Origin: Octopus vulgaris
Taxonomy: Eukaryota
Length of the DNA stretch: 64,000 nucleotides
Direction of reading: 5' to 3'
Assembly (NCBI GenBank): GCA_951406725.2
Contig: OX597827.1
Span: forward strand, 37,138,001 to 37,202,000
In this document: piece after piece, positions 52,501 to 64,000 of the stretch
Layout of the letters: every line of letters starts with the position of its first letter
Position numbering within the stretch: the first letter of the stretch is position 1
The notes under the pieces: generated by a model
What the model was told of the DNA's origin: nothing
Databases searched by the model: none
Seen by the model: only the letters and a program-made list of their open reading frames with translations
Made by a program: the position numbers and the translations under genes

Positions 52501-53340
52501 ATGTTGACTTGTTCTTCTTTTCAGATTATGGCTGCTGTTGCTTTGTGAGTGGGATTGACTCAGTGCACAGCCTTTCCTCACTTTGAAAAAAAAATCTTCT
52601 TGCACAGGCATTGCATGATAACAACATTGATTAAGCTTTGTGCAATGGCCATACTCGATAACGAGGGGGCAGCCACCATGTATGTACGTACATACATACA
52701 TATGTATGTGAGTGAGTGTATAGACTGATGGGTGGATAGAAGGACAGATATATATTTCTATATGTAATGTCTGCAGAAAAATGCAGTGGAAATTGAAATA
52801 TTTAGTAGAACGAAACACTTAATTTTTGTGCAAAGAATCCTAATATTTAGTTATTCATGTATGCACTATCAATTTTACTACAGTTTTCTCTTGAGAACTA
52901 TTGGCTATTTGGTGAAACATTGAAATTATTAATTAGAAAGCACCATAAATGAAACATTATCAAATTAAAAGAAATTGTGTAAAAATGAATATATAGATGA
53001 TCCTAATCCTGAGCATTGATTAAAAAAGTTAGAGAATAGAATTCCATATGACTTTGGAGTTAGCTTGATTTATAATTGTCAGTATAAAGCTTTGTAACAA
53101 ATAGAATTTAAAAAAAATTTTATATGGAAAAGCATGGTGGTTAACTTTAAACTTCAAATTTGACTTAACAGCTTTTCTGTTTTGGTTTCTAAACAAGGTG
53201 TGTATTGATAAAATATTTGATTTCTATCAACAAATTTTTTCCAGCCATCAAAACAAAGCACTCAGGTGAACCTTCTACACAAAAATAAAACACCATTGGA
53301 ATCCAATTTCAACACTTATTACTAACAGAAGGAGACATAG

Positions 53341-54345
53341 AGTTAGTTAGTTAGTTAGTTAGTTAATTTGGCTCAAAAGCAAATAGCAAGGCCATGTAGG
53401 GGGACATGGAGTTAAGTACAGGGTGGTGTTCATGTAAAGAGTTCAGGCCACTTGAGGTCCAGGGAGGCTTTGAACAAAGCGGTCGTCGGCATCTTTACCA
53501 TCTCGTCTGGCAGCTTGTTCCACGGATCCGCAACCCGGACGGAGAAAGCTCCTCTCCTTCGATTGAGATGAAATCGTCGCAGGTAGAGCTTTTCGGAATG
53601 ACCCCGCAGCCAACGCTCTGGAGCAGGAGTGAAGGACAGCTCTTTCGAGAGGTTACACTTTCCGCTTATGATGTTGTGGGTGAGAATGAGATCACCACGG
53701 CGGCGGCGTTTTTCAAGAGAATAAAGGTCGAGCGTCCTCAGCCTTTCTTCGTAGGACAAATTTTTGAGACCATGAACCATGCGGGTAGCCAGCTTCTGGA
53801 CTCTTTCGAGATGCTGTATGTCTTTGAGGAGATAAGGAGAAGAGGCTTGAATCCCATACTCCAATATGGGTCTCACCAGCGTGACATAGAGTGGTAGGAA
53901 TATGGCTGCTGTGAGCATTCCGAATGACCGTCGAATCAAGAACAGAATTCCGCGTGCTTTGTTGGCAGCATGGACGCACTGGGCCGAAGGCGAAAAGGAG
54001 GAATCCACCAAGATACCTAGGTCCTTTACCTGATCGGTCCTCTCCAGCAGCAGACGACCCGGCTCAAAATCAAGTTGAGTTGCAAGAGTAGAGCCGACAG
54101 GCAGATGACAGCACTTTGACACGTTCAGACACAGGTCCCAATCGTTAGACCACTTCCAAATTTGGTGGAGGCATCGACGAAGATCCTCTATACTACTGCG
54201 AGGAGCGACCAGTTTGATATCGTCGGCAAATAGAAGGGTGTGTTGCGTGAGGTCGTCGGGCAAGTCATTTATGAAGACTAAGAACAACAAGGGCCCAAGC
54301 ACTGAACCTTGAGGCACGCCACTGCTCGCACTGGAGACGTCGGAG
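53341..54345 (-). mobile_element. Young CR1-clade LINE, 5'-truncated, with open RT C-terminal frame and (TAAC)n tail
   Basis: SGVPQGSVLGPLLFLVFINDL, FADDIKL, KDLG, LVRPILEY, RRGDLI; no stops from 54345 to 53430. Confidence 0.95.
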
Positions 54346-54957
54346 TAATATAGTCTGCTGTTAAACTTGCAAGTTTTAATACTGATTTTTACATACTCCC
54401 ACTGAAACACTTTCCTCTAAAACACAAGCACCAAATTTTCCTAAGATAAAAAATTATAATGAATAAAATAAAATTAAAATCACATGTGCAACCACCTATA
54501 ACTTTGTACATCAAACTTAACAAATGCTAGACATTGAAGCTAAACCCCAGACATATATACTACCTAAATACTTCTACTTGTTATAGTATTAACATTAAAA
54601 ATTGTCTGTCTGAAGGAAATTATAAAGCTAAAAATTGGTTTACTATGTCAGTTTTAACACTAACATAACTTCAATTTTGTATATGAGTTTCATTGCTTAA
54701 TTCATTCAAACTGAAATTTTATCAGCACATATGTTTTGGTGACAGGATGAAAACACTGACACTTCACTATTGGATCATAATTGGAACTTAAACTGAATCA
54801 ATATACCATTTAATATGAAATGGCAAATTTATGTATTTGTTTTGCAAGAAAATTTTATCTTACACCAACAAGCAATGTTCAGAATCACATGAAATTATCT
54901 TTTCAAACCTTCCACTTAATCAACAATCAGACTTAGTCTTAGCTCATAGACAGTTTT

Positions 54958-55140
54958 GTATGTATGTATGTATGTATGTATGTATGTATGTATGTATGTA
55001 TGTATGTATGTATGTATGTATGTATGTATGTATGTATGTATGTATGTATGTATGTATGTATGTATGTATGTATGTATGTATGTATGCATGCATGCATGCA
55101 TGCATGCATGTATGTATGTATGTATGTACGTACGTACATA
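54958..55140. repeat. (TATG)n/(CATG)n microsatellite
   Basis: Directly visible. Confidence 0.95.
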
Positions 55141-55531
55141 CGTATATGTCAGGTCACTTTTTATTTCTTTGTCCTCAGGATTATCCTTCTGATGGAGTTC
55201 ATTATAGAGTGTCCTAGCTAGACTGTTCAAGGAAATTTTAGCACACTAAAACACTTTAAAACACTTTAAGCCTATTATATTTCCAAACAACTAAAAATCT
55301 GTGGAACACAACCTCACACATATTTATCATATTAAAAATTTTTTAGTATAATAATACTATATTTTAAATCTATTTTATCTTCATGTACATTGTAAATGCT
55401 TTCAATATTAAATTCTTTGTTACCGACAGCAACAGTACAATTTTGCTAATAATTATTACTGCATTCTTAGACAATAGAAAATAGCTTTTTTGTTGTTATA
55501 ATATATAAAAAGGAATATACAACACTAAATA

Positions 55532-55750
55532 ATCTTTTCTACTATAGGCACAAGGCCTGAAATTTTTGCAGAGTGGGAGACAGTTTATTACATTGACCCC
55601 AGTGCTTGACTGGCATTTATTTCATCATCCTTGGAAGGATAAAAGGCAGTATCAACCTCAGCAAAATTTGATCTCAGAAAGAAAAGACGGATGAAATGCC
55701 ACTAAGCATTTTACCTGGTGTGCTAACAATTCTGCCAGCTCACCACCTTA
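55532..55750 (-). mobile_element. SINE family C (diverged)
   Basis: Similar to 33487-33692. Confidence 0.75.
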
Positions 55751-57302
55751 CACAACACTAAATAATAAACCCAGCATTTTTATTATAATAAGGTTCCACC
55801 TGACCCCACTCATTTTATCATTTAAACCTAGACTCAGTTTCTACTCAACTAGTTTTTATACCCATGAATAAATTAGCTACCTGCAAATTTCTATTATTTT
55901 TAATGTAATTTCATCTATGTATTTTTTCATTTCTTCCATGACAGCTTTTTTCTTTTAATTACTTATAAATCAATTGATTAAATAGGTACATACCACATAA
56001 TTATTTCAGCTCATACAATCTTCATTTCACTTTGGTTAAACAGCTAATTACTCCCCTTGACATTCTTCCATTATCTTTACTCCTCCCACTTAAATTTTAT
56101 TTCAACTTTGTTTAATCCACTTCAAAATTACTTATGATAATTTAATCCACCTTAAAGATACCATTTAATAATTTATATTTTATCAGTCATTCTAAAGCAA
56201 TGACACCTACATACTTCCTTCAACTTTGATGGTATTTTGCATATATTTTTTGCTTTGTATATCAGTGTTCATATAAGTTATTTATACACCCTTTTATCCA
56301 CATTTTAATCTTTTGTAGACCAATACTATTTTAATCCTCATTTTTATACCTTATAATCTTTTATCATCAATCATATATCCCAATGTAATTTATATTCCAG
56401 CATAACTTAAACTCCAGTGTAACTTATATTTCAATATAAAATATTCTAATATAACTTGCCTTTCAGTGCAGTCATTATTACACTCTTTTATTTGGATGTC
56501 ATGTGTTTTATGTTTTTTTCTTATTTAATAATTCTATTGTTCTAGTATAAAACATGTTTCTCTCAATAACAAACAGTAGTTTATAAATATAAATTTGGCA
56601 CAACCTCTGTAAAAGCTGTTATTTTATGATATGGACATTTTATATTCATCTTTCTCCTTCATATGTGTGTGTGTGTACAGGCGTGGTTGTGTTGTTGAAA
56701 ATTTACTTCTCAACCATATGGTTTCAGGTTCAGCCTTACTGCATTACTACATAATATCTTGGGCAAGCTCCTGGCCATGTGTGTATGTGTGTTTTTCTTT
56801 TTTTGGGTGTGTGGAAAGGGAGACAACAGGGCCCGAGCATTGCCAGGTCACTGTCATCTCTCTTGCCACACACACCTCAAGCCAAATTCTTCCTCTTCTA
56901 GTCAGTTCAGCATGCCTTGGCCTTTTAACTCAGGTATGTCTATCTTTTTCCAGCTTTTTTCTCTCCTTATCTATTCTCTCTGTAGAAAAGTTCACACTCA
57001 AAGTATTAAAGACGTTTTCCATTTTTCCTGAACATCAACCTAATACACTTTGACCTCATCGTTGTGTTTTCTTCAATTTTGGACCATATATTTTATACGC
57101 TCATGTGGTCATCCCAGTGTGATCTTCACTGATTAAACCTTCTCCTTTCTTGGACTCCCATCTCCTTTATGACTTATTTCTTGGATTATTGCCACCTCTC
57201 AAAGACTACCTTACCATCAAACTCCATCCAAATTACCACTTGAACTTTATACTACTTGGACTACCACCTTCCTGAATCCAACTCTGCACTCTCGTTTGTG
57301 TG

Positions 57303-57342
<40 letters not shown>

Positions 57343-57363
57343 GTATGTAGGTATGTATGTATG

Positions 57364-57397
<34 letters not shown>

Positions 57398-57456
57398 TAT
57401 ATATATAATGTATGTATATGTGTATATATATATATGTATATATGTATGTATGTATA

Positions 57457-58182
57457 TCTCTATATATAAAACTGAAATGCGTTTTTACCGCTTGGATAAC
57501 TTTCAATGCCACTACATCCCGTCCGATTCACTCCAAAATTTACAGGGACATGTAGAATGAGGTGATGATGCTCCTGGGCTACCTTAGAAATCCCTATCTT
57601 AAAAGGTGTGGTTGCTAGGGGCCATCTTCCTCACTCACGCTATTTCCTCCAATACCCTCTCACTCCTCTTCATATTTAACTTTGAGAATTCCACTACCGT
57701 TATTTAAAGTATCTGTCACTCTCGCTATTTCCTCTCTTTTTCACTGACTCTGTTTCCTACCTTCCCATCACTTCAGTGGCGTTCTTTTAAGTATCTGTCT
57801 GTCACCAACAACACACGAGCATGAGAACAAATATTATGAATCAGATATTCTTGCGTTCATTTATATGTGTGTGTGTTCTATATATAAATATCTATATATA
57901 CAAAGTGTATATATCTGTATTTATGTATATTAAACTTTTTCATACTTTTTCATAGTTATATATATTTTTAAACAAATTATAAATATAATTTAATAATTTT
58001 CATTTTCAATTTAAATAATTTTTATTTTTCAATTTTATATTTTATATATTTTCTATATTATATTTTTTTTATGTTTTTGTTTTTGGTTTTTCACTTTTTG
58101 ATTTGCCTATTAGTGGTTTTATCTCTAATTTAATTTATACAGATATATATCTCATTTGTATATATTTATATATATAATGCGT

Positions 58183-58255
<73 letters not shown>

Positions 58256-59445
58256 GTGTGCATTACGTAGTCAGTCGATTCAGCTGAAAATATGCACACC
58301 TATGTTAAAAGTGCTGGCAAGTTTGCATGACAACTATTTTTTTCCTCTAATGAAAGGCGTCACCTCTAGGACAAAATTCCTCATCTTATAAAATGTGGCC
58401 CCAGTAGACCCGAATGAAATCGGGTTATATTAACCAAAATGTGAAAAGGGGTCTAAATAGGGCTGGAAGGGGATTAAAATTTCAAGGAGCGGGTGTTTAG
58501 GAATTCTCTGTTACATCAAGCTAAAAAATTTGCGCCAGCCTTTTAATTGTCAATGTGTTGCCGACCATGATAAAGAAGTTTTGAATGCTTGCCATGGTGA
58601 GTCTACTGTCGTGAGAAAGAATCACTTCAAAACTTGGTGTTTACGAATTTTCTTTTACATCAAGTTCAAAATTTTACGCCAGCCGTTAAACTGTCAATAC
58701 GTTGTTGTCCGTCGTTAAGAAATTCCAGCCATGGTGACTCTACTATCCTCAGATTCTATCCCTTCAAACTTTGGTTTCCAATATTTTATTATTTTTATTC
58801 AGCTCGCAAGTTCGTCTGTCCCTTTTAAATGTTAGTGTTTTGCTGTCTGCCTTGAAGCAGACCTTTCCGTTGCCACTGCCTGATATTTATGATTGATCTT
58901 TCTAAATATATTATTTCTCAACTTACTCAAGATCTTCTGTTGTTTATAAATGGGAGAGAGATAGATAAAGATAGAGAGTAAGAGAAAGCGAGGGAGAGAC
59001 TGAGAGAAAAGAAAAGTAAGAGAGTGGGAAAGTGAGAGAGAAAGGAGAGAGAAACAAAGACGGACAATCATCATCATCATCATCGTTTAACGTCCGTTTT
59101 CCGTGCTAGCACGGGTTGGACAGTGTGACCGGGGTCTGGGAAGCCAGGAGGCTGCACCAGGCTCCAGTCTGATCTGGCAGTGTTTCTACAGGTGGATGAC
59201 CTTCCTAACGCCAACCACTCTGTGAGTGTAGTGGGTGCTTTTTCGTGCCACCGGCACAGGTGCCAGGGGGGGCTCACAGCGGCAACGATCGGTTGGTGCT
59301 TTTTACGTGCCATCGGCACAGAAGCAAGTCAAGGCGGCGCTGCAATCGGCCACGTTCGGATGGTGCATTTTACGTGCTGAAAGGAAGCAACAGAAAGTAA
59401 CAACCACACTCTTACCCGCGCGTAGAGCGGGTCACCTTCAGCTAG
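57457..59445 (+). mobile_element. Non-autonomous Helitron with nested RTE 3' UTR
   Basis: A|TC..tatatataaa 5' start; 3' hairpin acccgc/gcgggt (59414-59432), then CTAG (59442-59445)|T. Continuity of the interior is assumed. Confidence 0.65.
59068..59377 (-). mobile_element. RTE LINE 3' UTR (family B) inserted in the Helitron
   Basis: (CAT)n and the conserved family B block. Confidence 0.85.
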
Positions 59446-59526
59446 TATATATAATATATATGTATATATATGTATATATATATATATATATGTATATATA
59501 TGTATATATATACATGTATATATATG

Positions 59527-59557
<31 letters not shown>

Positions 59558-59619
59558 ATATGTATCTATATATATGTAAGTATATATGTATATATATATA
59601 TATATATATGTGTATATAT

Positions 59620-59981
59620 AAACACCATCCGATCGTGGCCGTTCGCCAGCCTCATCTGGCACTTGTGTCGGTGGCACATAAAAACACCATCCGAGCGTGG
59701 CCGTCTGCCAGCCTCGTCTGGCACCTGTGTCGGTGGCACATAAAAAACACCATCCGAGCGTGGCCGTGTGCCAGCCTCGTCTGGCACCTGTGTCGGTGGC
59801 ACATAAAATCACCCACTACACTCTCGGAGTGGTTGGCGTTAGGAAGGGCATCCAGCTGTAGAAACACTGCCAGATCTGACGGGCCTGGTGCAGCCTTCGG
59901 GCTCCGCAGACCCCAGTTGAACCGTCCAACCCATGCTAGCATGGAAAGCGGACGTTAAATGATGATGATGATGATGATGAT
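59620..59981 (+). mobile_element. RTE LINE 3' UTR (family B), three near-identical ~60-bp units
   Basis: caccatccga(t/g)cgtggccg..gccagcctcgtctggcacctgtgtcggtggcacataaaa repeated three times; (GAT)n tail. Confidence 0.9.
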
Positions 59982-59989
59982 ATATATAT

Positions 59990-60403
59990 AGTAGAAATAT
60001 ATTACAAAAAGAAAATATAAAATACACGTGGAAATGTAAGGGTAAAATATGAAAAATCTACGAAAATGCACATTGTAAATAAAAAAAGGCTTTTTATGAA
60101 AGGTAATGACAAATATATACATTTAGATGGACTGACGTAGTAATAAAAGTCATTATTATGAGATGATAATAAAGTCAGAAAACAAAGCGAACCATGGTTT
60201 CCGCAAAGCTAAGCGATGAATAGCTTTGCGGAAACTATGGTTCGCTTTGTTTTCTGACTTTATTATCATCTTATAATCATCTCATAATAATGACTTTTAT
60301 TACTACCTCAGTCCATCTAAATGTATATATTTGTCGTTACCTGTCATAAAAAGCCCTTTTTTATTTACAATGTGCATTTTCATTGATTTTTCATATCTTA
60401 CCC
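59990..60403. repeat. Penelope-like fold-back palindrome (~175-bp arms) with an A3:U8 hammerhead-like motif at its centre
   Basis: Arms 60039-60211 and 60221-60403; motif aagcg-ATGAATA-gctttgcg-GAAA-c(t/c)atgg-T-T-cgctt at 60211-60247. Confidence 0.8.
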
Positions 60404-60404
60404 C

Positions 60405-60481
<77 letters not shown>

Positions 60482-60495
60482 TGTATGTATGTATG

Positions 60496-60544
<49 letters not shown>

Positions 60545-60547
<3 letters not shown>

Positions 60548-60960
60548 CAGCTGAAAGACAATGGAGCTCTACACATAATATCATGGAAGCTTCTTGAAAA
60601 TTCAGGCCCCTACATAAATGAGACTAAACATTATAAACTGCATAGCCAAACAGATGAGGATACTAAAGGACTCCCTTAACCCAGGGAACATCCTTAACTC
60701 CAGGACAGAAGTCTTCTGACCCTGCTTGTTCCTCAGGAAATCCCTGCTGGCAGTCAAAGGGAAACAATCTCTTGTTATTGTCAGAGTAGCAAAGTATTTT
60801 CTTCTTCCATTTTCTAGAGAGGCCACTTGCTAGAGAAGCCATAGGCCAAGGGTCTGAAGAAATACTGTAAAGCTAAGCACTTTGTGGATGTGAAACTCAG
60901 GGTAACCCACATCTATCTTTATTTATATACTCTACTGCTCTATCACTTAGAATATGCTTT
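60545..60960 (+). mobile_element. Penelope-like 3' end (GIY-YIG C-terminus) with downstream hammerhead
   Basis: [26 protein letters not shown]; hammerhead at 60850-60908. Confidence 0.7.
60850..60908 (+). ncRNA. Type-I hammerhead motif with canonical C3:G8 core
   Basis: gggt-CTGAAGA-(imperfect long stem II)-GAAA-ctcagg-GTA-accc; stem I gggt/accc. Confidence 0.6.
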
Positions 60961-60987
60961 TTGTTTTGGATTTGTGATTTACTGACG

Positions 60988-61035
<48 letters not shown>

Positions 61036-61064
61036 ATGCGCACATGTGTGTATCTATTTATATA

Positions 61065-62462
61065 GAAGGCTGCTGCTTCTGTCTCTTAGAGTGAAAGACA
61101 TATTGTATGATGTTTGTGTGAAAACAGCTGTGCAACAGGGTAGTGAAATGTGGGCTGTGAATCCAGAAGATATTTGAAGATCAGTGCTTTTTACATGCAG
61201 ATGAATAAGGAGAGTTGTATAAAGAAATGCTGATTGCTAAATGTGGATGGAACTTATGGAAGAGGGAGACCTAGGAAGACGTGGGACAAAATAGTGAAGT
61301 CTAACTTCAGGTAGTTGATCCTCATGGAGAAGATGACAAAATACTGAGATGAATGGTGATTTGCTGTTCTTGAGAAGAGCTATCCATCTCAGTAAAAAGG
61401 AGGTCCTAGAGGCACATCATTTATATTTATGCCTGTGAAGCCTTTCCAGCCACACCCACCCTTCCCTTACACCACTAAGTATGGCAGCATTTCTCAGCTA
61501 CTATAATTATATGACAGTAGTATTGTACATGTTCCTTTTCCTTTTTGTACTACCAGTAATTCCTCTTCTTGGAACTACTTCTCCTGCCACCCATCCTGTT
61601 CTCCCAATATCATCCCTTATCACTGCATGTCCACTGAATGCTCCTTTCCTTTGAACACTCTCTAATATCTGCCATCAATGCCCTTTTTTTCTATCTCACT
61701 ATATCCACCACTGTCTTCTGTCTCTGTCTACCTCTGTCCTTGTTCCTCTGCACCTTCTCTCTACTCCAAACTTCTTCCTATTTCCCATCTATCAACACTT
61801 TTATTATACTGTTGTTCTCCATTTTCATGTATTATCACCAATTACCCTTTGCTCCATCACCCATTCTTATCTTCTTTACATTCCCCCAAACTGAGACTCC
61901 CCATTGCCCATGATTCCATCAATGACCATCATTGCTTTTGCTTCTGTATTCATTTCTACTGTCTGTTTCTTTCTTTCCTTTCACATTATCACAAACCTAC
62001 CTCCCCACTTAGCCTTCCTTGATTCCTTGCCCTATTCTGTTTCTGTCCAACTTCTTGTACTCTGCAAGTACACCCTGATACATCATATTCACCATCATTT
62101 CTCTCTTTCCTACAGGGGTAGCCATGTATCTCTTTTACAGCAAGACACTTGTTCCTGTCCCTCTTTCTTACTTTAGCCTCCCTATACCTAGCAAAAATCA
62201 CCTCCCTCAATACTGCACTTCCACACACACTTTGTAAAGAGGTCTTGTCTTGTGAGTTATTTGGTGACATCACTACTGCAGGTACCACAAAAATGTTCCC
62301 GATTTACTGAGAAAAGTGGTTGACATCAGCAAAATATTCAACTGTAGAAACCTTACCAGAACCCAAAATAGACATTAGAAACTAATACAGAGCTTAGGCT
62401 AGTCAGATCCTGTTGAACCATCCAACCCATGCTTGCATAGGATATAAACATTAAATGATGAT
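61065..62462 (+). mobile_element. Older RTE LINE 3' portion (ORF end, long pyrimidine-rich 3' UTR, family B-like terminus)
   Basis: LSLRVKDILYDVCVKTAVQQGSEMW, GRGRPRKTWD; terminus ..ctgtagaaacc..ccaacccatgc..aaatgatgat. Continuity of the middle is assumed. Confidence 0.6.
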
Positions 62463-63953
62463 CAGGAGGAGGAGGATAATTTCCATTACTGTTTAATGAG
62501 GAATTTTTAATTACCAACTGGTTAAAATAGTTTATGTCCCACTAAATGAATTTACCATAGCTTTAAATATAGTTAATTAAAAAGCAGCACTTATTCATCA
62601 ACACTAAAACTTTATAAACAATTGCAACCTTTCTTGTAATTGCTTAGTTTATACAATGGATACTGAAAATAATAAAACGTCCTGTGCTATTGCATGGAAT
62701 GGATGACTACATCACATCTTCTGAGCACGAAAATTGAATACTTGGATATGAAATGCATTTTCCAAGTTTGTTTTTGCAACTAATTCTAATTAGATTTCCT
62801 GTTGCTGTTTTGTCTCAAGTCTTGTTAGAGCTTACTCATGACATTTCAGTCATGACCATCCCATGGTCATATGTATTTTTATTCTTTTAAAAGCAGTAAA
62901 GTGTGATTTTGGAGAGATTTGTCTGCTACTTCTAGCAGGGTAAACAACTGCATGTTGGTTATCTTTGCAGCAGCTACAGGTGAATAAATATTTGTGAGCC
63001 ACCCCACAATCTACCTTTCTTTGAGAATCTGTCTCTCTGTCTGTGTCTCTCTGTCTGCCTGCTTGTCAGTCTGCCCATCTGTCATTCTGTTTTGTTTATT
63101 GTTTGTTTATCTGGCTTATTGCATGTCTGCCACTGGATGTAGACAAAAATAAATAACCAAAACAAAAGATCTCTGTCTATGCCTCTGATTTCTGCTGTTG
63201 CTCCAGTTCTTGTCATTGTTGCATCAACAGCAGTAGAGTTAATGGTGGTGATGGCAATGGTTGTACTGCTGCTAGCTATAGTAGTGGTTGTAGTAATAGT
63301 AGTACATTACTACAACTGTTGAAAACCTCAAAACTTACATGTCTGTTTTCCACCTTATTACTATCTCTACTACTGCCGGTATCTTTCAGATACAGTTCAC
63401 TTCATCATTTCAACTAGAACATTCCTTCACTACCACCACCCCTTACTTCCTTCTGAAAATTCTGATATATATATACATATATAGATGAATGTATGTGTAT
63501 GGATATATGTGTATGAATGTATGTGTATGCTTACATACACATATATACATATATGTGTGTCTTTCTCTCTATATATATGCATGCATGTATGTACATTTGT
63601 ATATGTGACAAACACATTTATGATATATATGTGTGTATATGCAAATATGCATGTGTACACACAGATACATATATATATATATATATATATACACATACAC
63701 ACATATGTATATACATGTATATATGCATATACACACACATATATACATATATGCAAATAAATAAAAGTACATTTAAATATATATGCATATATGTGTATGC
63801 GTGTGTGTGTGCTCATGTGTGTGTGTTTAACTTTGTATTTGTGACAGTTCTCCACTGACAGCATGGTCTGACATATTGGCAAAAATATCCAGGAGATACT
63901 AGAAAAGTTTTGTGTCAATCTTTCCCTGGGCTGTCTTGTTTAATTTTTTATCA

Positions 63954-63993
<40 letters not shown>

Positions 63994-64000
63994 TTACTAA

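Noticed and set aside
53406-53897. 163-aa plus-strand ORF (and its twin at 21368-21739)
   Set aside because: Antisense shadow of the CR1 RT frame. Likewise the first ~22 aa of ORF 53430-54410 come from flanking DNA.
73-63918. Numerous ORFs rich in YI/HT/CV/MYVC repeats
   Set aside because: Translations of (TA)n, (CA)n and (TATG)n microsatellites; no coding signal.

Overview
AT-rich, microsatellite-dense animal genomic DNA. The repeat landscape (tRNA-derived SINEs, RTE/CR1/R4 LINEs, Penelope-like elements, mariners, hAT, Helitrons) is most consistent with a cephalopod, probably Octopus; this is an inference. I can support only one host coding exon: a 156-nt phase-0/0 exon at 23994-24149 (+) encoding part of a VPS10 domain resembling SorCS/sortilin-family receptors, so most of the window is probably intronic. 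The rest is decayed or nested transposable elements, and almost all ORF-track entries are microsatellite artefacts. The most notable signal is a set of minimal type-I hammerhead-ribozyme-like motifs in Penelope-type terminal repeats and fold-back palindromes. Together they show all four Watson-Crick combinations at core pair 3:8: C:G at 60854, G:C at 42034 (mirrored at 41991-41997), U:A at 8001 and 12407, and A:U at 28337 and 60216. Most have a palindromic stem-III loop, and most lie on the host gene's sense strand. All structures were read by eye; coordinates of decayed elements are approximate.
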